Positions 8,176 to 20,001 of a stretch of DNA of 64,000 bases are shown here, one piece after another. The DNA is from Gammaproteobacteria bacterium (GTDB taxonomy: Bacteria > Pseudomonadota > Gammaproteobacteria > Pseudomonadales > IMCC2047). Every line of letters begins with the position of its first letter. Position 1 is the first letter of the stretch. The notes beneath the pieces were generated by a model. The model made no database searches, had not been told where the DNA came from, and was given only the letters and a program-made list of their open reading frames with translations. Both the position numbers and the translations under genes were made by a program. The stretch covers positions 513,050 to 577,049 of the forward strand of contig JAJFKB010000002.1 in NCBI GenBank assembly GCA_021773395.1, read 5' to 3'.

Positions 8176-9396
8176 ATGGCTACAAACGTCGCAAAAAATC
8201 AAACTTTTACTTGGCAGGGTATCGATAAGCGAGGACAAAAGGCGGGAGGTGAAGTCACTGGCGTCAATTTGGCGCTCGCAAAAGCGCAGCTGCGCAAGCA
8301 GGGGATTAACCCGACCAAAGTTCGTAAAAAGAAGGTTTCTCTTTTTGGACAAAGAAAGAAAAAGATTACACCAGGTGATATTGCACTTTTTACGCGCCAA
8401 ATGGCAACCATGATGAAAGCCGGCGTTCCGCTGGTGCAGTCGTTTGATATCGTGGCCGATGGTATCGATAATGTGACTTTAAAGGAATTAATCGGCGCTA
8501 TTAAATTGGATGTGGCCTCGGGAACTAATTTCGCATCTGCCTTGCGCAAACACCCACGTCATTTTGATGATCTATTTTGCAATCTTGTCGATTCAGGTGA
8601 GCAATCAGGTGCACTGGAAACAATGCTGGATCGTTTGGCCACCTATAAAGAAAAAAGCGAAACGTTAAAGAAAAAAATCAAAAAAGCAATGACTTATCCA
8701 ATTGCCGTAATAGTGGTCGCAGTCATTGTCACCGGCATTCTTCTGGTTAAAGTTGTGCCAACTTTTGAGGAATTATTTCAGGATTTTGGTGCCGACCTGC
8801 CCGCTTTCACACAAATGGTGATCGGTATTTCCAATATACTGCAGCAATGGTGGCTTGTTTTCGTGGTCGGTATTATTGCCTTTATCTTTATTTTTCGAGA
8901 AGCCAAGTTAAGATCGAAACGGGTTTCCGCAATAGTTGATCGACTGGTTTTGCGAATCCCTGTCACTGGGAATATATTAGAAAATTCTATATATGCTCGT
9001 TTTTCAAGGACCTTATCGACCACCTTTGCGGCCGGCGTACCCTTGGTCGATGCCCTGACTTCAACAGCAGGGGCAGCCGCAAACTATATTTATACCAACG
9101 CAATCATCAATGTACGTGAGGACGTAGCCACAGGCCAGCAACTGCATTTTTCTATGCGCAATACCAATGTATTCCCAAATATGCTGATACAGATGACCGC
9201 CATCGGTGAGGAATCAGGCGCCTTGGATGAAATGTTGGATAAGGCAGCTGAGTTTTATGAGGAGGAAGTAGACAATGCAGTCGACAATCTCACAGCACTC
9301 ATGGAACCCATGATTATGGCAGTTCTAGGGGTATTGATTGGTGGGCTGATCATCGCAATGTACTTACCCATCTTTAAAATGGGTTCTGTGGTTTAG
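8176..9396 (+). CDS. pilC: type IV pilus inner-membrane platform protein PilC
   Basis: 406 aa with a duplicated GspF-type domain (..LFTRQMATMMKAGVPLVQ.. / ..RFSRTLSTTFAAGVPLVD..). It starts 3 nt after pilB. Confidence 0.95.
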   Translation: MATNVAKNQTFTWQGIDKRGQKAGGEVTGVNLALAKAQLRKQGINPTKVRKKKVSLFGQRKKKITPGDIALFTRQMATMMKAGVPLVQSFDIVADGIDNVTLKELIGAIKLDVASGTNFASALRKHPRHFDDLFCNLVDSGEQSGALETMLDRLATYKEKSETLKKKIKKAMTYPIAVIVVAVIVTGILLVKVVPTFEELFQDFGADLPAFTQMVIGISNILQQWWLVFVVGIIAFIFIFREAKLRSKRVSAIVDRLVLRIPVTGNILENSIYARFSRTLSTTFAAGVPLVDALTSTAGAAANYIYTNAIINVREDVATGQQLHFSMRNTNVFPNMLIQMTAIGEESGALDEMLDKAAEFYEEEVDNAVDNLTALMEPMIMAVLGVLIGGLIIAMYLPIFKMGSVV

Positions 9397-9488
9397 TAAC
9401 CTGGCAAAATGGGATTTAAGAAAAGGCCGATCTACAGCCAAAATAATACAAAATTACAATTTAACAAGGCTAAACGAAATCCCAACTG

Positions 9489-10373
9489 ATGATTGTATTT
9501 GACGTTCTTGCACAATACCCGTTAGCACTGGTTGGCGTAACGGGTATCCTCGGCTTACTTGTCGGCAGCTTCCTTAATGTGGTCATTTATCGCGTCCCCA
9601 TAATGTTGCAGCGTGATTGGGAAGCACAGTGTCGCGAACTCGTTGCCAATCAAACGGATGACAACTTAGGCGATACGGCCACAGGCTTTAATCTGCTTTA
9701 TCCCAATTCTCACTGCCCCAACTGTAAAACAGCCGTCAAAGCCTGGCAAAATATTCCAATAATCAGTTACTTATTGCTGGGCGGCAGGTGCGCAGGATGC
9801 CAATCCTATATTTCGATACGTTATCCCATCATTGAGGTCGTCACTGCCATTCTGTCCTGCCTTCTCGTTGCACATTTTGGTGCCAGCTGGCAGGCCGCTA
9901 CTATGCTGCTACTGACCTGGGTGTTAATTGCCCTGACCATGATCGACTTTGACCACCAGTTGTTACCCGACAACATGACCCTCCCCTTTCTCTGGATGGG
10001 TTTAATTATCAATAGTTTTGGGCTATTTTGTACACTTCCGGATGCTTTATGGGGTGCTGTGGCTGGCTACCTAAGCCTTTGGTCTATCTATTGGGCATTC
10101 AAATTAATCACTGGAAAAGAGGGCATGGGTTACGGTGACTTCAAGCTGCTGGCCATGCTCGGAGCCTGGTTCGGCTGGCAAATGCTACCGCTGATCATAT
10201 TGCTCTCTTCGCTGGTAGGAGCCGTAGTCGGAATAGCACTGATGCTGCTAAAAAACCATGGCAAAAGTGTTCCGATCCCTTTTGGCCCCTACCTGGCCGT
10301 GGCTGGGTGGATCGCAGCGCTCTGGGGTGAGCTGATAATTGACGCCTATTTGCAGTTTTCAGGCCTTAAATAA
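9489..10373 (+). CDS. pilD: prepilin peptidase / N-methyltransferase PilD
   Basis: 294 aa with N-terminal Cys pairs CPNC...CAGC and the A24 peptidase motifs DFDHQLLPD and GMGYGDFKLLA. Confidence 0.95.
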   Translation: MIVFDVLAQYPLALVGVTGILGLLVGSFLNVVIYRVPIMLQRDWEAQCRELVANQTDDNLGDTATGFNLLYPNSHCPNCKTAVKAWQNIPIISYLLLGGRCAGCQSYISIRYPIIEVVTAILSCLLVAHFGASWQAATMLLLTWVLIALTMIDFDHQLLPDNMTLPFLWMGLIINSFGLFCTLPDALWGAVAGYLSLWSIYWAFKLITGKEGMGYGDFKLLAMLGAWFGWQMLPLIILLSSLVGAVVGIALMLLKNHGKSVPIPFGPYLAVAGWIAALWGELIIDAYLQFSGLK

Positions 10374-10484
10374 CTTCCTTTATCCCGAATCGCAAGCAGC
10401 GTCGCTCGCAATCCCCTGTAAAAAGATTTATGCTCCTGCCCTCAAAACTTTAGCGTGATCATAGCGTGTGACAGGCAAGAGAAT

Positions 10485-11084
10485 ATGTTTCTAGTAGGTA
10501 TTACAGGTGGCATCGGAAGCGGTAAAAGTACCGTCGCAAAGCTATTCTCCAATCTCGGTATTAGTGTGATCGATGCCGACCAGTCTGCTCGTGAAGTGGT
10601 TAAACCAGGTTGCCCTTCATTAAAGGAAATCGAACAACATTTCGGCACTGAGGTCATTTTAGATACCGGCGAACTGAATCGCAGAGCGTTGCGGGAGAGA
10701 ATTTTCACTAACAACGCTGAGCGGCAATGGTTGGAGTCACTATTGCATCCACTCATTTTCGAGTACACAAAACTACAATTGGCAAATGCACCATCAGACT
10801 ATGCGATCCTGGAGTCCCCATTGCTGCTGGAGACCACCCAGAAAGAGCTAGTCAATCGGGTTTTGGTCGTCGACGTACCGGAAAACGTACAACTTGAGAG
10901 AGCTCTTTTAAGAGACAACGCCACAAAGCAGGAAATAAAAGCAATAATGGCCGCGCAGATTAGCCGTAGCGAGCGACTGAGTAGGGCCGATGATGTTATT
11001 CTTAATGACAATGGGCGAGAAGATCTTGATTCTCAAGTCTTGACCCTGCATCAACAATATTTAACTTACGCGAAACAAAAGTAA
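10485..11084 (+). CDS. coaE: dephospho-CoA kinase
   Basis: The ORF is trimmed to [18 protein letters not shown] (P-loop). It occupies the conserved position after pilD. Confidence 0.9.
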   Translation: MFLVGITGGIGSGKSTVAKLFSNLGISVIDADQSAREVVKPGCPSLKEIEQHFGTEVILDTGELNRRALRERIFTNNAERQWLESLLHPLIFEYTKLQLANAPSDYAILESPLLLETTQKELVNRVLVVDVPENVQLERALLRDNATKQEIKAIMAAQISRSERLSRADDVILNDNGREDLDSQVLTLHQQYLTYAKQK

Positions 11085-11296
11085 TGTCTAAAACTGCAAC
11101 TATCATTGCCTGTCCAACCTGCAAAAAGTCAGTAGCCTGGAACGAAAAGGCCATCTTTCGCCCATTTTGCTCTGAACGCTGCAAACTAATCGATCTTGGA
11201 GAATGGGCGTCGGGAGGTCACAGCATCCCCGCAGAACCTGTACTCCCGGAGGACTTCGACGTTCCTGCTGGTTCGGACCTACCTGAACAATATTAG
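11084..11296 (+). CDS. yacG: DNA gyrase inhibitor YacG (zinc finger)
   Basis: Reads [33 protein letters not shown], close to E. coli YacG. Its start overlaps the coaE stop. Confidence 0.9.
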   Translation: MSKTATIIACPTCKKSVAWNEKAIFRPFCSERCKLIDLGEWASGGHSIPAEPVLPEDFDVPAGSDLPEQY

Positions 11297-11481
11297 GGAA
11301 CCTCTTACATAGACACCGCCCGCTTGCCAAGTAAAAATAGTTTTTAGAATCGATTGCACTCTTACATCCGGCCTGTTGATGACGTTTGTCGTCTGGCCAC
11401 CATGGAGTTCGCCAACAGGGCCCAATCTGATTAACGGCATCTTCTGCCAAGAGGTTCCTTAGCTATCGTTCAGGCCTTAGG

Positions 11482-13062
11482 TTAATGTTCTCGGGTCGGC
11501 TTAAAGGCCACTTCCGGCCAACGCTCTTCAGAGAGTGATAGGTTCGCACGGGTCGGCGCTAAATAGGTCAAAAAATCGCCACCGTCCAAGGCAAGGTTAT
11601 CATGTGCTTTGCGCTGGAATTCTTCCAGCCGTTTACTATCCTCGCTGTCGACCCAACGTGCGGTATACACATCAACCGGCTCATAACTGCATTCAACCTT
11701 ATATTCGTCTTTAAGCCGGTAAGCGACCACTTCAAATTGAAGCACACCTACTGCACCAACGATAATGTCATTATTTCGCAACGGCATAAATACCTGAGTT
11801 GAACCTTCTTCAGATAGCTGTTTAAGGCCTTTTTGCAACTGCTTCATTTTGAGCGGATCACGCAGTCGGACACGACGAAACAGCTCCGGAGCAAAATGTG
11901 GGATACCGGAAAACCGTAAATCCTCACCACCAGTAAAGGTATCTCCAATTTGAATCGTACCATGATTATGTAATCCCAGAATATCTCCTGACCAGGCCTC
12001 TTCTACATGCTCTCGGTCACCTGCAAGAAAGGTTACCGCATCGGAAATACGCACATCTTTGCCGGTTCGAGTGTGGCGCATTTTCATTCCCTTGCTATAT
12101 TTCCCCGAACAAATTCGCATAAAAGCGATTCGATCACGATGTTTAGGGTCCATATTAGCCTGTATTTTGAAAATAAAACCACTGAACTCTTCCTCATTTG
12201 CAGCGACCTCACGCTCCTGAGTTGCTCGCGGTAAAGGTGGTGGCGCATATTCGACAAACCCGTCCAGCATCTCCCGCACACCGAAATTACCCAGTGCCGT
12301 TCCAAAATAGACGGGTGTTAACCTTCCTTCCAGGTACTCCTGAAGGTCAAATTCGTGACTCGCACCACGCACTAGCTCCACCTCATCACGCAAATCATCG
12401 ATATAGTCACCGAGCTGTTGCCGTGCCTCATCGCTATCAAGCCCCAGGATTTGGCGGTCCTCAGGAATGGTATGCCCTTTACCTTGCGTGTAGAGATGAA
12501 TGGTATCCGTATAAAGGTTGTAGACGCCTTTAAATTGCTTACCCATGCCTATTGGCCAGGTAATAGGCGCACAATTAATCTTTAGAACATTTTCCACTTC
12601 ATCGAGCAGATCGACAGGATCACGTATATCACGGTCCATTTTATTGATAAAGGTCAGAATTGGCGTATCACGTAGCCTGCACACATCCATCAACTTGATA
12701 GTTCTGTCTTCAACACCCTTAGCGCCGTCAATCACCATCAGAACCGAATCGACCGCCGTCAGTGTTCGATAGGTATCCTCCGAAAAGTCTTCGTGCCCGG
12801 GTGTATCCAGCAAATTCACAATGCGTTCTTTATAGGGAAACTGCATGACCGAAGAAGTTACCGAAATACCGCGCTGTTTCTCCATCTCCATCCAGTCGGA
12901 TGTTGCATGTCGTCCCGATTTACGCCCCTTAACCGTCCCCGCCGTTTGAATCGCATTACCAAATAACAATAATTTTTCAGTTATCGTAGTTTTACCGGCA
13001 TCCGGGTGGGAGATAATAGCAAAAGTGCGCCGATTGGCGACTTCCTGATCCAGTTTACTCAT
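11482..13062 (-). CDS. prfC: peptide chain release factor 3
   Basis: Trimmed to [26 protein letters not shown] (G1), followed by DTPGHEDF (G3) and NKMD (G4). It is 526 aa. Confidence 0.95.
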   Translation of the reverse strand: MSKLDQEVANRRTFAIISHPDAGKTTITEKLLLFGNAIQTAGTVKGRKSGRHATSDWMEMEKQRGISVTSSVMQFPYKERIVNLLDTPGHEDFSEDTYRTLTAVDSVLMVIDGAKGVEDRTIKLMDVCRLRDTPILTFINKMDRDIRDPVDLLDEVENVLKINCAPITWPIGMGKQFKGVYNLYTDTIHLYTQGKGHTIPEDRQILGLDSDEARQQLGDYIDDLRDEVELVRGASHEFDLQEYLEGRLTPVYFGTALGNFGVREMLDGFVEYAPPPLPRATQEREVAANEEEFSGFIFKIQANMDPKHRDRIAFMRICSGKYSKGMKMRHTRTGKDVRISDAVTFLAGDREHVEEAWSGDILGLHNHGTIQIGDTFTGGEDLRFSGIPHFAPELFRRVRLRDPLKMKQLQKGLKQLSEEGSTQVFMPLRNNDIIVGAVGVLQFEVVAYRLKDEYKVECSYEPVDVYTARWVDSEDSKRLEEFQRKAHDNLALDGGDFLTYLAPTRANLSLSEERWPEVAFKPTREH

Positions 13063-13129
13063 AAATTTCGTCGATTTACCACGTAGTAGAAGGCGGCATA
13101 TTATATATGATTGCGGAAAAATAGCTGAC

Positions 13130-13156
13130 AAAAAAAAGCCCCTTGTTAAAGGGGCT
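13130..13156 (-). terminator. rho-independent terminator
   Basis: The minus strand reads AGCCCCTTtaacAAGGGGCT followed by an 8-T run, just downstream of the 13172 stop. Confidence 0.8.
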
Positions 13157-13171
13157 TTCCTCTCATTATTT

Positions 13172-13816
13172 CTAAAGGAAGGTCAAAACTCCAAAAATAA
13201 TTACCGTCAATGCCAAACTACTGTGGATAACACCTACCACACTCGTCATTGGCCCCATTTTTCCAACTACTGCATTGACCTCTAGTACGGCGACGATTGC
13301 CATCGCAACCCAGAGACCTGTTGTATAACCGGTATTAGTGACCGCATGGCTGACATTACCCAGGCTTTGCCCATGTTGTGAACCCAGCATGCCAAACAGC
13401 ATTCCGGCTGAAAACAGGGTATTAGTACGTGATGCCAATAATGCCTTTGCCCCAGCGGCTGCAGCATCACCTTCTATCATGCCCAGTACCACTTTTTGGT
13501 TAGGCCAGATTATCAGCCACACGTTAATAAACATCAACGTACCCATAAGGGCACCGACAATAATATACGGATTGGTATATCCGGCCCTGATCACGTTCTC
13601 TGTTAGTATAACGCCCGTGATAAAGGTAAACATCGCCCCCCAGCGAAACCACCACAGCGCGCTTGGGGCTAGCTTAGCTTTAGCATCCGCCAACCCTTCA
13701 GCGCTTGCCTGCTTAAAATAACCACCTTGAATAAAATTGAAGTAATACAGCAGCCCGATCCAGGTAACACCGAATAATACGTGCGCCCAGCGAAATAGGA
13801 AATTTACAAATTCCAT
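13172..13816 (-). CDS. inner-membrane protein of unknown function (resembles the membrane domain of PuuD-type urate hydroxylases)
   Basis: Trimmed to [28 protein letters not shown]..., preceded by AGAGGGGAA. It has about 5-6 TM segments and a conserved-looking His in TM1. The similarity to PuuD is from memory only. Confidence 0.6.
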   Translation of the reverse strand: MEFVNFLFRWAHVLFGVTWIGLLYYFNFIQGGYFKQASAEGLADAKAKLAPSALWWFRWGAMFTFITGVILTENVIRAGYTNPYIIVGALMGTLMFINVWLIIWPNQKVVLGMIEGDAAAAGAKALLASRTNTLFSAGMLFGMLGSQHGQSLGNVSHAVTNTGYTTGLWVAMAIVAVLEVNAVVGKMGPMTSVVGVIHSSLALTVIIFGVLTFL

Positions 13817-13963
13817 GGTGATTCCCCTCTTATTAGTGGTTTTATTCCAAAGCTGCAATTCTGCGAGCAGCATTCATGACCATTCTAATCATTCACACCT
13901 AAAATAAAAAGCACAAAATTTAGAGTAACCTCCGCTGGCGACCTAAGCTTTATTTCCAGCCAC

Positions 13964-13992
13964 AAAAAAACCCCGCATTCGCGGGGTTTTTT
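13964..13992 (-). terminator. rho-independent (bidirectional-looking) terminator after groEL
   Basis: CCCCGC-attc-GCGGGG is flanked by A7 on one side and T6 on the other. Confidence 0.85.
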
Positions 13993-14016
13993 AATCTAAT
14001 AAGGAGTAAGTGCAGC

Positions 14017-15681
<1,665 letters not shown>

Positions 15682-15717
15682 TTACCTTAAATTTTATCAA
15701 TAACAATTCGGGAAGGA

Positions 15718-16011
15718 TTAACCTTCAATAACGCCGTAAATTTCGCTTTCGCTAAGAATAAGTAGCTCTTCATCATCTACTTTAATCGTGTTGCTACCTG
15801 CGTATTTTCCGAAAATAACTTTATCACCAACCTTAACAGCCAGAGGTCGAATTTCACCGTTATCCAATACTTTACCTTCGCCAACGGCAACAATTTCACC
15901 TTCATTGGGCTTTTCTGTAGCTGAACCGGGTAAAACGATACCACCAGCTGTGGTGGTCTCCTCTTCCTCCCGACGTACGACGATTCGGTCGTATAAAGGA
16001 CGAATTTTCAT
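15718..16011 (-). CDS. groES: co-chaperonin GroES
   Basis: 97 aa reading [14 protein letters not shown]...[13 protein letters not shown] (mobile loop). Confidence 0.99.
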   Translation of the reverse strand: MKIRPLYDRIVVRREEEETTTAGGIVLPGSATEKPNEGEIVAVGEGKVLDNGEIRPLAVKVGDKVIFGKYAGSNTIKVDDEELLILSESEIYGVIEG

Positions 16012-16155
16012 TGTACATATTCTCCTGACATGAATTCAAAACAGTTCGCTTAGGCCTGATAGCCATATTTTAGACACAGACCAGTTAATGAGCTCAATGA
16101 GCTAACAACCTGGTTACAGATTGAAAAACACCTGAGACTCAAGGTCGTGCAGCAT

Positions 16156-16182
16156 TAATGGGGATGGATAAGCGTAATTCAA
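16156..16182 (-). promoter_or_regulatory. sigma-32 heat-shock promoter of groES-groEL
   Basis: The minus strand reads TTGAAtt-N12-CCCCATTA. The consensus is CTTGAA-N13-15-CCCCATnT. It lies about 145 nt upstream of groES. Confidence 0.6.
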
Positions 16183-16254
16183 CACCTTCCAATAAAGATT
16201 TTTTACTTTTTTTTCCAAAAACAACTATTAGCCATCACGCATCTGCCAATTACA

Positions 16255-16716
16255 CTATTTAGAGGACTCATCCGACCCGTGATCTCGATCAAATTCACCC
16301 TCAATAACCTGGCCTGATCTAGCACCGCTGGATCTGTGTTCACCATATACATGAAAATTTGGACTCGCCATCACTTTGCTGGCAACAAACTTTACCAGCC
16401 AGCGACGTGATTGGGGAAGCAAGCAGACAAAACCGATGAAATCCGTGATAAAACCTGGCGTGACCAGTAGTGCACCCCCAACAGCCAAGCATATCCCCTC
16501 CATCATTTCCTGTAGTGGCAGCGCACCGGAATCGATACGCTCTCGCGCTCTAAACAGCGTTGACATGCCCTGCTGCCTTAACATCAGGCTACCAATAAAT
16601 GCAGTTAACACAACCAGCACGGCTGTATTAAGTGTACCTATTCGCCCACCCACCTCTATTAACATCATAATTTCAGCAATGGGAAGGATTACAAAAAGAA
16701 TAAAGAGTAATTTCAT
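16255..16716 (-). CDS. fxsA: FxsA family membrane protein
   Basis: Trimmed to MKLLFILFVILPIAEIMMLIEVGGRIG...LLVTPGFITDFIGFVCLLP, which is collinear with E. coli FxsA. Confidence 0.85.
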   Translation of the reverse strand: MKLLFILFVILPIAEIMMLIEVGGRIGTLNTAVLVVLTAFIGSLMLRQQGMSTLFRARERIDSGALPLQEMMEGICLAVGGALLVTPGFITDFIGFVCLLPQSRRWLVKFVASKVMASPNFHVYGEHRSSGARSGQVIEGEFDRDHGSDESSK

Positions 16717-17193
16717 TGGTTTCTCAAGTAGTAGAGGACACATCATAGCGCCAGCAAGCAAAGTAGAGCAACTCCATGAAATCAGTTCTTATCCAAATTG
16801 GTATCCGGAGCAATAGATCGCTAAATGAAATCAATCAAAACCAGTTAAAATGCTACCACTACTCACACTATTTCTGTAATGCGCAATAAAAAATAGCCAA
16901 AAAAACCAAGTTTTACTAATTATTCAAAAAATATTGAATGGCCCACCTACAATAATTAATCTAATTTAATTTAGAAAGATATCTAACTGTAATATATAAA
17001 CTTATTTGATAATAACTCAGAGTACAGAGTATCAAATAAAACAATCTATAACCGCGAACCACCCTGTTATGAAAAAAAAAGTGTAGGCAAACGGATGTTG
17101 TTGCGACATAATCAGACAGATCGTTTGTGCGACGCAACATATTTATTCCGCACTCGCAACAATAAAGTTTGCAACCAACTTGGGGAGAAACTA

Positions 17194-17958
17194 ATGGATC
17201 TTGGTAATAAAACAATTGTCATTACCGGAGGTGGACAAGGGCTAGGACGCGAAATGGCTATTTCACTGGCAGAACGAGGCGCTAAGCTCGCACTCATTGA
17301 TCTAGGTGAGGATAGCCTGCAGGAGACTGTTAGATTATGTACTGAAGCTGGCAGCGAAGCAAAAGGATATACTGCAAATGTCGCTGATCAGGAAGATGTT
17401 ATCGCTGCATTTGATAAAATTATCGCTGACTTTAAAGAAATTCATGGATTGATCAACAATGCGGGTATTACCAGAGATGCCCTGCTGGTTAAAGTTGATA
17501 AAGAAGGAAACGTCAAAAGAGGCATGAGCCAGAAACAGTGGCAAAGTGTTATCGATGTCAATCTAAGTGGTGTTTTTCTCTGTGGACAGGAAGCTGCTTT
17601 TCGTATGATAAAAACCGGCACAAAAGGTCTTATTATCAACATTTGCAGTATTTCACGCGCAGGAAATATGGGGCAAAGCAACTATTCCGCCGCAAAATCC
17701 GGTGTTGCATCAATGACCGTCACCTGGGCTAAAGAATTGGCTCGCTATGGAATACGGGTCGCGGGTATCGCTCCGGGCTTCACCCAAACCGAGATGACCG
17801 AGTCCATGAAGCCAGAAGCACTGGAAAAGCTGGTTTCAATGATTCCATTGCGTCGTATGGGACAGCCGGCGGAGATCGCTCATTCTGCTATTTATCTGTT
17901 TGAAAATGATTTCTATACCGGGCGTGTTATGGAAATTGACGGCGGCATGCGACTCTAA
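17194..17958 (+). CDS. SDR-family oxidoreductase (3-oxoacyl-ACP reductase-like)
   Basis: Trimmed to [22 protein letters not shown] (TGxxxGxG) with RBS GGGGAG upstream. It also has NNAG and the catalytic S...YSAAK. Confidence 0.85.
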   Translation: MDLGNKTIVITGGGQGLGREMAISLAERGAKLALIDLGEDSLQETVRLCTEAGSEAKGYTANVADQEDVIAAFDKIIADFKEIHGLINNAGITRDALLVKVDKEGNVKRGMSQKQWQSVIDVNLSGVFLCGQEAAFRMIKTGTKGLIINICSISRAGNMGQSNYSAAKSGVASMTVTWAKELARYGIRVAGIAPGFTQTEMTESMKPEALEKLVSMIPLRRMGQPAEIAHSAIYLFENDFYTGRVMEIDGGMRL

Positions 17959-18105
17959 CAATCACCTACATTACTGCAACGACGATCCTGGCAATAAGTC
18001 AGGGTTGTCGTTCAAGTCCTCTCACAAGCCAAATTCAAAATATTCCTTGGATCCATATTTCAAACCTGCATTAAGAATCAAACAACGGACGTTCGCACCC
18101 CCAAT

Positions 18106-19473
18106 CTATCCAGAGGGTGGAATACTCTTTTCATATTCAACTTCACGCCGATTATCAAAAAACCAAATAACACAGACCAAAATAATCGCGGGTACTCCAA
18201 GCCCAGCCGCTAGGGTAAAGAACCAAGGATAGCCCGCAGCATCAACAATAACACCCGAAAAACCTCCAACAAATTTCCCTGGCAAAGTCATCAGAGAGCT
18301 AAACAAAGCGTACTGAGTCGCCGTATAGGCAGTGCTGGTCAACCCAGATAAATAAGCAATAAACGCAACTACGGCCAACCCGCCGCTTAAATTATCTGCA
18401 CTAACCACCACCGCCAATCGCCAGATTGTCGGATCTGAAAGCGCCATCCATGCAAATAACAAATTCGTACTGGCAACCATAACAGCGCCAACAAGCAGGA
18501 TCGGGCGCACACCAAATTTGACAACCAGCAAACCTCCCAAGGCTGACCCGGCAATAGTCATAAAAAAACCAAAAATCTTTGTCACATCCGCGATTTCCGG
18601 CTTAGTAAACCCCATTTCTAAATAAAACGGATTCGCCATCACGCCCATCGTAATATCACTTACCCGATAAAGTGCTATGAGTAACAAAATTATTAAGGCA
18701 TGAAGTCCATGACGACCAAAAAAATCAGCAAACGGCCCAACCACAGAATGTTTAAACCATTGGGCCATTTTTGCTGCTCGCCCTACCGCCTGGAAAGCCG
18801 CCAAATTACGCAAACTATCGCCCTCTCGCCTTTCCGGTTCGGAAATGATAACGACAGTCACTACACCAACAGACATAAGCGCCGCCATAATCAAATAAGT
18901 CGATACCCAGCCAAAATATTCAGCAAGATACAAGGCCCCTGCTCCGGCTACCAACAATGCCAGACGATAGCCAAAGACATAGGCAGCAGACATCGCTGCC
19001 TGATATTTCGGGATTGCGCTTTCAATGCGGTAAGCGTCAATACTAATATCCTGTGTTGCCGATGAGAATGCGACAAGTAGGCCAAAACAAGCCAGCAGCG
19101 CGATATGAGATGATGGATCAGTGATGGCTATTGCAGACAACCCAACCGCAATACCAATTTGACCCAGTAAAATCCAACTCCTGCGCTGCCCAAAAACATC
19201 GTACAACATTGGCAATCGAACGCTATCAACTACCGGAGCCCACAACACTTTGATTGAGTATGTAATTCCGATCCAACTAAAAAACCCAATGGTCGAGCGG
19301 GCAATACCCGCTTCAAAAAGAAAAACAGTCAGTGTTGAAAAAACCAACAAAAAAGGTAATCCAGCGGAGAAACCCAGAAAGAGCATTGTGACAACCTGAG
19401 GTTTGCGATAAACCTCAAGTGCTTCTAGCCAGCTTGGTGACCGTTGGTCAGTGGCACTCATTTTGAATGGCAA
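18106..19473 (-). CDS. ampG: AmpG-family muropeptide MFS permease
   Basis: 455 aa with about 12-14 TM segments. The N-terminus reads ...MLFLGFSAGLPFLLVFSTL...WIGITYSIKVLWAPVVD, typical of AmpG. Confidence 0.85.
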   Translation of the reverse strand: MPFKMSATDQRSPSWLEALEVYRKPQVVTMLFLGFSAGLPFLLVFSTLTVFLFEAGIARSTIGFFSWIGITYSIKVLWAPVVDSVRLPMLYDVFGQRRSWILLGQIGIAVGLSAIAITDPSSHIALLACFGLLVAFSSATQDISIDAYRIESAIPKYQAAMSAAYVFGYRLALLVAGAGALYLAEYFGWVSTYLIMAALMSVGVVTVVIISEPERREGDSLRNLAAFQAVGRAAKMAQWFKHSVVGPFADFFGRHGLHALIILLLIALYRVSDITMGVMANPFYLEMGFTKPEIADVTKIFGFFMTIAGSALGGLLVVKFGVRPILLVGAVMVASTNLLFAWMALSDPTIWRLAVVVSADNLSGGLAVVAFIAYLSGLTSTAYTATQYALFSSLMTLPGKFVGGFSGVIVDAAGYPWFFTLAAGLGVPAIILVCVIWFFDNRREVEYEKSIPPSG

Positions 19474-19485
19474 TTTCCAGCCACG

Positions 19486-19968
19486 TTAATCTCGAAAATT
19501 ATTAAATTGTAAAGGCATTTCCAAATCAGCTTCTCTCAACATCGCCATCACCTGCTGCAGGTCATCGCGTTTTTTACCGGTCACTCTAACCTTGTCTCCC
19601 TGTATTGCAGCCTGCACCTTCATTTTCTTATCCTTAATCATTTTGACCATCTTTTTAGCCAAGAGAGCTTCAATACCCTGGCGCAGCGTCACTTCCATTC
19701 TGGCCTGCATACCGGATTGCACGACATCTGCACATTCCATACAGGCCACATCAATATCACGCTTAACCAATTTACTTCTTAGAATATCCAGCATTTGCTG
19801 CACTTGGAACTCGACCTCTGCGACCAGCGTTACAACAAAGCCGTTCTGCTCATATTTCGCACCGACTCCCTTAAAATCAAACCTTGTTCCTACTTCTCGA
19901 TTAGCCTGATCAACCGCATTGGTCACTTCATGCTGATCCACTTCAGAAACGATATCAAAAGATGGCAT
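19486..19968 (-). CDS. yajQ: YajQ-family nucleotide (c-di-GMP)-binding protein
   Basis: 160 aa reading [34 protein letters not shown] (UPF0234 signature). Confidence 0.9.
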   Translation of the reverse strand: MPSFDIVSEVDQHEVTNAVDQANREVGTRFDFKGVGAKYEQNGFVVTLVAEVEFQVQQMLDILRSKLVKRDIDVACMECADVVQSGMQARMEVTLRQGIEALLAKKMVKMIKDKKMKVQAAIQGDKVRVTGKKRDDLQQVMAMLREADLEMPLQFNNFRD

Positions 19969-20001
19969 CTAACCCCCTGAATTTTCGCTGTTTCAATTAA
20001 T

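Noticed and set aside
11103-11450. 115-aa minus ORF between yacG and prfC
   Set aside because: It overlaps most of yacG in antisense and has odd composition (Trp/Cys/Arg-rich). The non-coding part is instead reported as a structured element.
17959-18105. Imperfect hairpin (AACGACG...GTTGTCGTT) between the convergent SDR and ampG genes as a terminator
   Set aside because: The stem is interrupted and neither strand has a T-run, so confidence is too low to annotate.
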